A stretch of DNA of 64,000 nucleotides from Candidatus Latescibacterota bacterium (GTDB lineage: Bacteria; Latescibacterota; UBA2968; UBA8231): positions 736,001-800,000 of the forward strand of contig OZ241362.1 in NCBI GenBank assembly GCA_965200315.1. Direction: 5' to 3'. Within the stretch, counting starts at the first letter, position 1. Every line of letters starts with the position of its first letter. Of the stretch, positions 59,689 through 64,000 are shown one piece after another. Under the pieces are notes generated by a model. The model saw only the letters and a program-made list of their open reading frames with translations, searched no databases and was not told the origin of the DNA. The translations under genes were made by a program, and so were the position numbers.

Positions 59689-60717
59689 TCACACGATCAT
59701 CATGGCATCGCCATAGCTGTAAAAGCGATAGCCCCGCTCTATGGCCTCGCGGTAGGCGGCCAAAAGCCGTTCCCGCCCGACAAACGCCGCCACGAGCAAT
59801 AACAGACTCGAGCGCGGCAAGTGAAAGTTCGTCACCAACGCATCGACTGCCTTGAATGCGTAGGGCGGATAGATAAAAGCATTTGCCAATCCCTCGCAGG
59901 CACCCACATGGCCCTCGGCATTGACGCTCGACTCCAAGGTCCGCACCACGGTAGTACCGACGGCGACGATGCGTCCACCGGCCGCGTGGCAACGCCTGAG
60001 CGCGGCCGCCACTGGCTCGTCGATTTCGCAGTATTCAGACTCGAGTACATGTTGGCGCGGGTCAGCGTAGCGCACCGGCTCGAACGTGCCCGGCCCCACG
60101 TGCAAAAGTACCTTTAAGACAGCCACACCCTTGGCAGCAATCTCAGCGATTAACTGAGGGGTAAAGTGCAAGCCAGCCGTGGGCGCGGCAACGGCTCCTG
60201 GGCGCGCCGCATAAACAGTCTGATAGCGCTCTCGGTCCCCAGCCTCGGGCGGCCGCCGAATATAGGGAGGCAGCGGTATTTCCCCGATCTCTTCCAGACG
60301 CGCCAGCACGTCCTCGACGGCAAAGCGTACGCGGAACCTCCCCGGCGCGAGCTGATCGACGATGTGCGCTTCCACCGCTCCGTCGCCAAACTCCAACCGC
60401 GTCTTTGGTTTTAAGCCCCGCCCCGGCCGCCCCATCGCCAGCCAATCGCCCGCAGCTAGCGGCCTGAGCAGCAGCAGCTCAACCCGACCTCCAGTAGCGG
60501 TTTTACGGCCCCGGAGCCGAGCCGGTACGACCTGTGTTTGATTTAATACGAGGGCGTCGCCGGGCGCGAGCTGATCGACGATGGCAGCAAAATGCAGGTG
60601 CTGCAATGAACCATCCGCCCGGTTTAGGAGCAAAAGGCGCGCTTGATCGCGCTCGGGCGGCGGGCGTTGGGCGATCAGGGCATCGGGCAGGTCAAAATCG
60701 TAGTCCACCAGTTGCAT
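59689..60717 (-). CDS. queA: SAM:tRNA ribosyltransferase-isomerase
   Basis: [28 protein letters not shown]. Confidence 0.97.
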   Translation of the reverse strand: MQLVDYDFDLPDALIAQRPPPERDQARLLLLNRADGSLQHLHFAAIVDQLAPGDALVLNQTQVVPARLRGRKTATGGRVELLLLRPLAAGDWLAMGRPGRGLKPKTRLEFGDGAVEAHIVDQLAPGRFRVRFAVEDVLARLEEIGEIPLPPYIRRPPEAGDRERYQTVYAARPGAVAAPTAGLHFTPQLIAEIAAKGVAVLKVLLHVGPGTFEPVRYADPRQHVLESEYCEIDEPVAAALRRCHAAGGRIVAVGTTVVRTLESSVNAEGHVGACEGLANAFIYPPYAFKAVDALVTNFHLPRSSLLLLVAAFVGRERLLAAYREAIERGYRFYSYGDAMMIV

Positions 60718-60731
60718 TGAGCGGTGCCAAC

Positions 60732-61439
60732 CTATCCCCGAGACCGCGTAGGACGCCACCGCGCATAGCGGAAAATGGTCCAGAGAATTTTGTATCCGGC
60801 CCGCAGCGTACCGCCGAGCGTACCGGTGATCTTGGAGGTGCCGATGCGGCGGCGATAGCGCACGGGCACTTCGGCTGTGCGCAGGCCCAGCCGAGCGGCT
60901 TTGACCTGCATCTCTGCGGTCCAGCCAAAGTTGCGGTCCTGCATCTCTAACCGCATGAGCACTTCGTAGCGCAATGCGCGAAAAGGCCCCAAATCCGTAA
61001 AAGAGACGCCAAACAACAGGCGGATTAAAAAGGTGGCCAACCAGTTGCCAAAGCGAGCCTGCGGCAAAAGAGCCCCCTTTTCTCGCTGGCCCAAGACCCG
61101 AGAACCAATGACCATATCGGCACCGTCTGCGATGATCGGTTTTACTAGAGCCAGCATGTCCTCGGGGTAATCGCTGTAATCGCCGTCGAGAAAGACGACG
61201 ATATCCGGGCCATCAAGGTGGGCCATGCCCGCCAGACAGGCCTGACCGTAGCCGCGGCGCGGCTCGCCGACGACGCAGGCACCCAAGCGGCGGGCCACCT
61301 CGGCGGTGCGGTCGGCCGATCCATTATCAACGACGATAATCTGCTGTGCGATATCTGGTATGTCTTGCAGAACCTTGCCGATGGCTTCTTCTTCGTCGCA
61401 GGCGGGAATGACGACGGCAATAACAGGCGGCGAGTCCAT
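60732..61439 (-). CDS. glycosyltransferase family 2
   Basis: VDNGSAD, GYGQAC, FLDGD. Confidence 0.9.
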   Translation of the reverse strand: MDSPPVIAVVIPACDEEEAIGKVLQDIPDIAQQIIVVDNGSADRTAEVARRLGACVVGEPRRGYGQACLAGMAHLDGPDIVVFLDGDYSDYPEDMLALVKPIIADGADMVIGSRVLGQREKGALLPQARFGNWLATFLIRLLFGVSFTDLGPFRALRYEVLMRLEMQDRNFGWTAEMQVKAARLGLRTAEVPVRYRRRIGTSKITGTLGGTLRAGYKILWTIFRYARWRPTRSRG

Positions 61440-61466
61440 GCGCTGGTACTGCAGGTGAAGTGCTGT

Positions 61467-62309
61467 CTAGAGGTTTTGCTCCAACCAGAGGAAGAACAGA
61501 TCCTGCGCCTCGACCACATTGTCGAGCAAGGCATAGCCGTGGTCAGCCGAGTCTGTAAAAACGCGCAAATCCTTCGGCTCGGCTGTCTGCTCCTCTAGGA
61601 AAGAAGCGAAATCTTTATAGCTAAGGATGCGGTCCTCGCTCACAATAATTTGGTCCTGATCGCCTACCATAAAGAGCATGGACCGCGGACCAAACGATTC
61701 AAGGCCGGTCCCAATGACCAACCGCTCCAGCGAAGAGGCTCCCCACAGCCCCGGCGAGAGGGAGACGCTGGTTTTTATTAGCTCGGAAAAGACTCCCGAA
61801 CACACGTAAGCCACATTGCCTCCCGAGCCACTGCCCACAACCGCGATGCGGCTGATATCGATCTCGGACTGACTCTGTAGCCAGAGTAGCGCAGCGTGGA
61901 CATCGCGAAAGCTCTGTTCCAGATCTATCAATTCCAAGACCTGTCGGTCATCGGGCAGCGGAGTCTCGCCGTGCCCGCGCATGTCGATGGCCAAGGCAGC
62001 GTAACCGCGATTGAGCAAGGCCACGTACGTGTCGGTGCTGGTCAACCAGTCGGATTTGTTCCCGCCCAGATCGTGCAGGAGGATCACCACTGGCAGCGAT
62101 TCGCCTTCTTGGGCTGTGCCAAAAAGTGCGCTCACTTCGACACTGTCGATGGACGTGAAGCTAACGGCTGAAATGGGATAGGCGCGACCCGGCCCTTTCG
62201 GTAGATCGGGGCCGACGATCTGTAGCTTCTCTTCCGAATCGCTGCACCCCACGACTCCAACGGCGAGCACCCAAATCCACCGACACAGTATCTTACTCAT
62301 AAGAGCCAT
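61467..62309 (-). CDS. alpha/beta-hydrolase-fold lipoprotein
   Basis: Lipobox VVGC, DMRGHG, atypical GSGSGG elbow, DHG; start uncertain. Confidence 0.75.
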   Translation of the reverse strand: MALMSKILCRWIWVLAVGVVGCSDSEEKLQIVGPDLPKGPGRAYPISAVSFTSIDSVEVSALFGTAQEGESLPVVILLHDLGGNKSDWLTSTDTYVALLNRGYAALAIDMRGHGETPLPDDRQVLELIDLEQSFRDVHAALLWLQSQSEIDISRIAVVGSGSGGNVAYVCSGVFSELIKTSVSLSPGLWGASSLERLVIGTGLESFGPRSMLFMVGDQDQIIVSEDRILSYKDFASFLEEQTAEPKDLRVFTDSADHGYALLDNVVEAQDLFFLWLEQNL

Positions 62310-62420
62310 AATCCTAACCCAAAGTGCGTTGCGAGCGCCCGCGATTGGCAACGCTCCTGATTTTCGTAAATCCTTAAATTTGAATAAACCACCTCCCCCT
62401 CTAGCTGTCAACTTGACGCC

Positions 62421-62449
62421 TTGACGACAAAATTCTTTTGCCGTATGCT
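62421..62449 (+). promoter_or_regulatory. sigma70 promoter
   Basis: TTGACG-17bp-TATGCT, 8 nt before the ATG. Confidence 0.7.
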
Positions 62450-62457
62450 GCCGCGCT

Positions 62458-64000
62458 ATGATCTGCGTCGAAAAACTCAGCCTTAGCTATCGCAGGGGGC
62501 TGTCCGCTTTGCGCTCCATCGACCTCCACATCAGCCCTGGGGAAGACATCGCCCTCATCGGTGCCAACGGTTCGGGCAAAACCACCCTCGCTCGCTGCCT
62601 AAACGGACTGCAACAGCCCCAAACAGGCCGGATTCTCGTCGATGGCATGGATACGAGCAATTCGGCCCAACTCCACTCCATCCGCCAGCTAGTTGGCATG
62701 GTCTTGCAAAACCCGGACGATCAGCTAGTCGCCACCACGGTCGCCGACGAATTGGCCTTTGGCTTGGAAAACCTAGCCCTAGCCAGCGATACAATTCACC
62801 GCCGCGTCGAAGAAACACTCGCCGCTTTCGACCTTGAAGCCTATCGCCACTATCCGCCACACCAGCTCTCCGGCGGCGAAAGGCAGCGCGTGGCCATTGC
62901 CGCCGTAGTGGCGATGCGACCGCGCTATCTCGTCTTGGACGAATCGACGGCTCTGCTCGACCCCGGTGAAAGACAGCAAGTGGCCGAGTTGCTTCAGCGA
63001 CTGCGCACCGCATACGGCATCGCGACCATACTCATCACCCAGTCTCCAGAAGAAGCCGCTCGCGCCGACCGCGTCATCATCCTTCACGCGGGTCGGGTCC
63101 ATGCAGACGGCCCCCCTGCCGCCCTCTTTGCCGACTCGCTCAAGCTCCGCGCTCTCGGCCTCGCCCCCCCCTTTGCAAGCACCCTCGCCGCGCACTTGTC
63201 GCTGGCCGAGCTCCCCTTGGAGCTAGACGCTTTGTCCGACGCGCTGATCGCGTTAAAACCCCAGACATCCCTACCCCCTTGGACTCCGCCCACTCCACCG
63301 CGACCCGTTCCGAGCAAACTAGCGACCGAAGGGCTTACATACCTCTACGACGAGCATCTGCCCACCCAGCGACTCGGCATTTGCGACATCACCATAGACA
63401 TCCCCACCGGCTCCGTCCTAGCCCTCGTGGGCACCAACGGCGCGGGCAAAACTACCCTCGCTCAGCACTTCAACGCCCTGCTCAAGCCCTCGCACGGTCG
63501 CGTGCTCCTCGACGGCTGCGATATCGACTCCCAGCCCCCGGCTCGCGTGCGCCAGTGCATCGGCTTGGCCTTTCAGTTTCCCGAACTCCAGCTCTTCGCC
63601 GAAACCGTGGCCGAGGATGTGGCCTTTGGGCCGTGCAACCTCGGCTTTGCTGCCGAACGCGTCGATGGCCTCGTGGCGCGCGCACTCGCCATGGTAGGTA
63701 TGCCGCTGGCAGAATTCGGGCCGCGCCAGCCCCTCTCGTTGAGCGGGGGCGAAAGGCGTCGCGTTGCGCTCGCCGGCGTCCTCGCCATGGATCCAGAGGT
63801 CTTGGTGCTCGACGAACCGACCGCCGGCCTCGATCCTCAGACTACGGCCAGCTTGTGCCAGCTCTTCGCCAAGCTAAGCAACCAAGGACGCACCCTCGTA
63901 CTAATCAGCCACGATATGGAGCTAGTCAGCCGCCTAGCCACCCACGTAGTGGTGCTACGCCAAGGCCGCATCGAACTGCAAGGACCGGCCCGCGCCGTAC
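62458..64000 (+). CDS. ECF transporter ATPase with two fused ABC domains, 3' end outside window
   Basis: Manual translation: GANGSGKT, QNPDDQ, LSGGE; second in-frame GTNGAGKT, FQFPE, LSGGE, LDEPT. Confidence 0.9.
   Translation, partial: MICVEKLSLSYRRGLSALRSIDLHISPGEDIALIGANGSGKTTLARCLNGLQQPQTGRILVDGMDTSNSAQLHSIRQLVGMVLQNPDDQLVATTVADELAFGLENLALASDTIHRRVEETLAAFDLEAYRHYPPHQLSGGERQRVAIAAVVAMRPRYLVLDESTALLDPGERQQVAELLQRLRTAYGIATILITQSPEEAARADRVIILHAGRVHADGPPAALFADSLKLRALGLAPPFASTLAAHLSLAELPLELDALSDALIALKPQTSLPPWTPPTPPRPVPSKLATEGLTYLYDEHLPTQRLGICDITIDIPTGSVLALVGTNGAGKTTLAQHFNALLKPSHGRVLLDGCDIDSQPPARVRQCIGLAFQFPELQLFAETVAEDVAFGPCNLGFAAERVDGLVARALAMVGMPLAEFGPRQPLSLSGGERRRVALAGVLAMDPEVLVLDEPTAGLDPQTTASLCQLFAKLSNQGRTLVLISHDMELVSRLATHVVVLRQGRIELQGPARAV

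Overview
GC-rich bacterial chromosome segment with no CRISPR array, integrase or intact IS element detected. The rplM-rpsI-rpsB-tsf order and a FlgD-Ig/T9SS-type C-terminal domain suggest an FCB-group organism, e.g. Latescibacterota-like (inference). Core blocks: a reduced dcw cluster (mraZ-rsmH-ftsL-ftsI-murE-murF-ftsW-murC-ftsQ-ftsA-ftsZ, lacking mraY/murD/murG), purE-kptA-glnB-glnE, MerR-iscA-iscS-moeB-trmB, cysK, yyaL, ssb, thiolase, tRNA-Ala(UGC), rplM-rpsI-rpsB-tsf-frr (no pyrH), dedA, ispDF, queA and a fused ECF ATPase. Two accessory catabolic regions (1-12 kb, 43-54 kb) each carry a member of the same uncharacterised ~650-aa family. Best leads: (i) a Cys-rich MerR regulator with a dyad in its promoter heading the Fe-S/sulfur-relay operon where IscR would be expected; (ii) a 2.5-kb oxidoreductase plus DpnA/MutH-Sau3AI R-M cassette flanked by 42-bp direct repeats whose recombination would fuse two ORFs in frame; (iii) a sigma54-type promoter on a tail-less ssb; (iv) an FtsA with an apparent subdomain-2B deletion. 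Product calls rest on motif recognition only; no database search was run.
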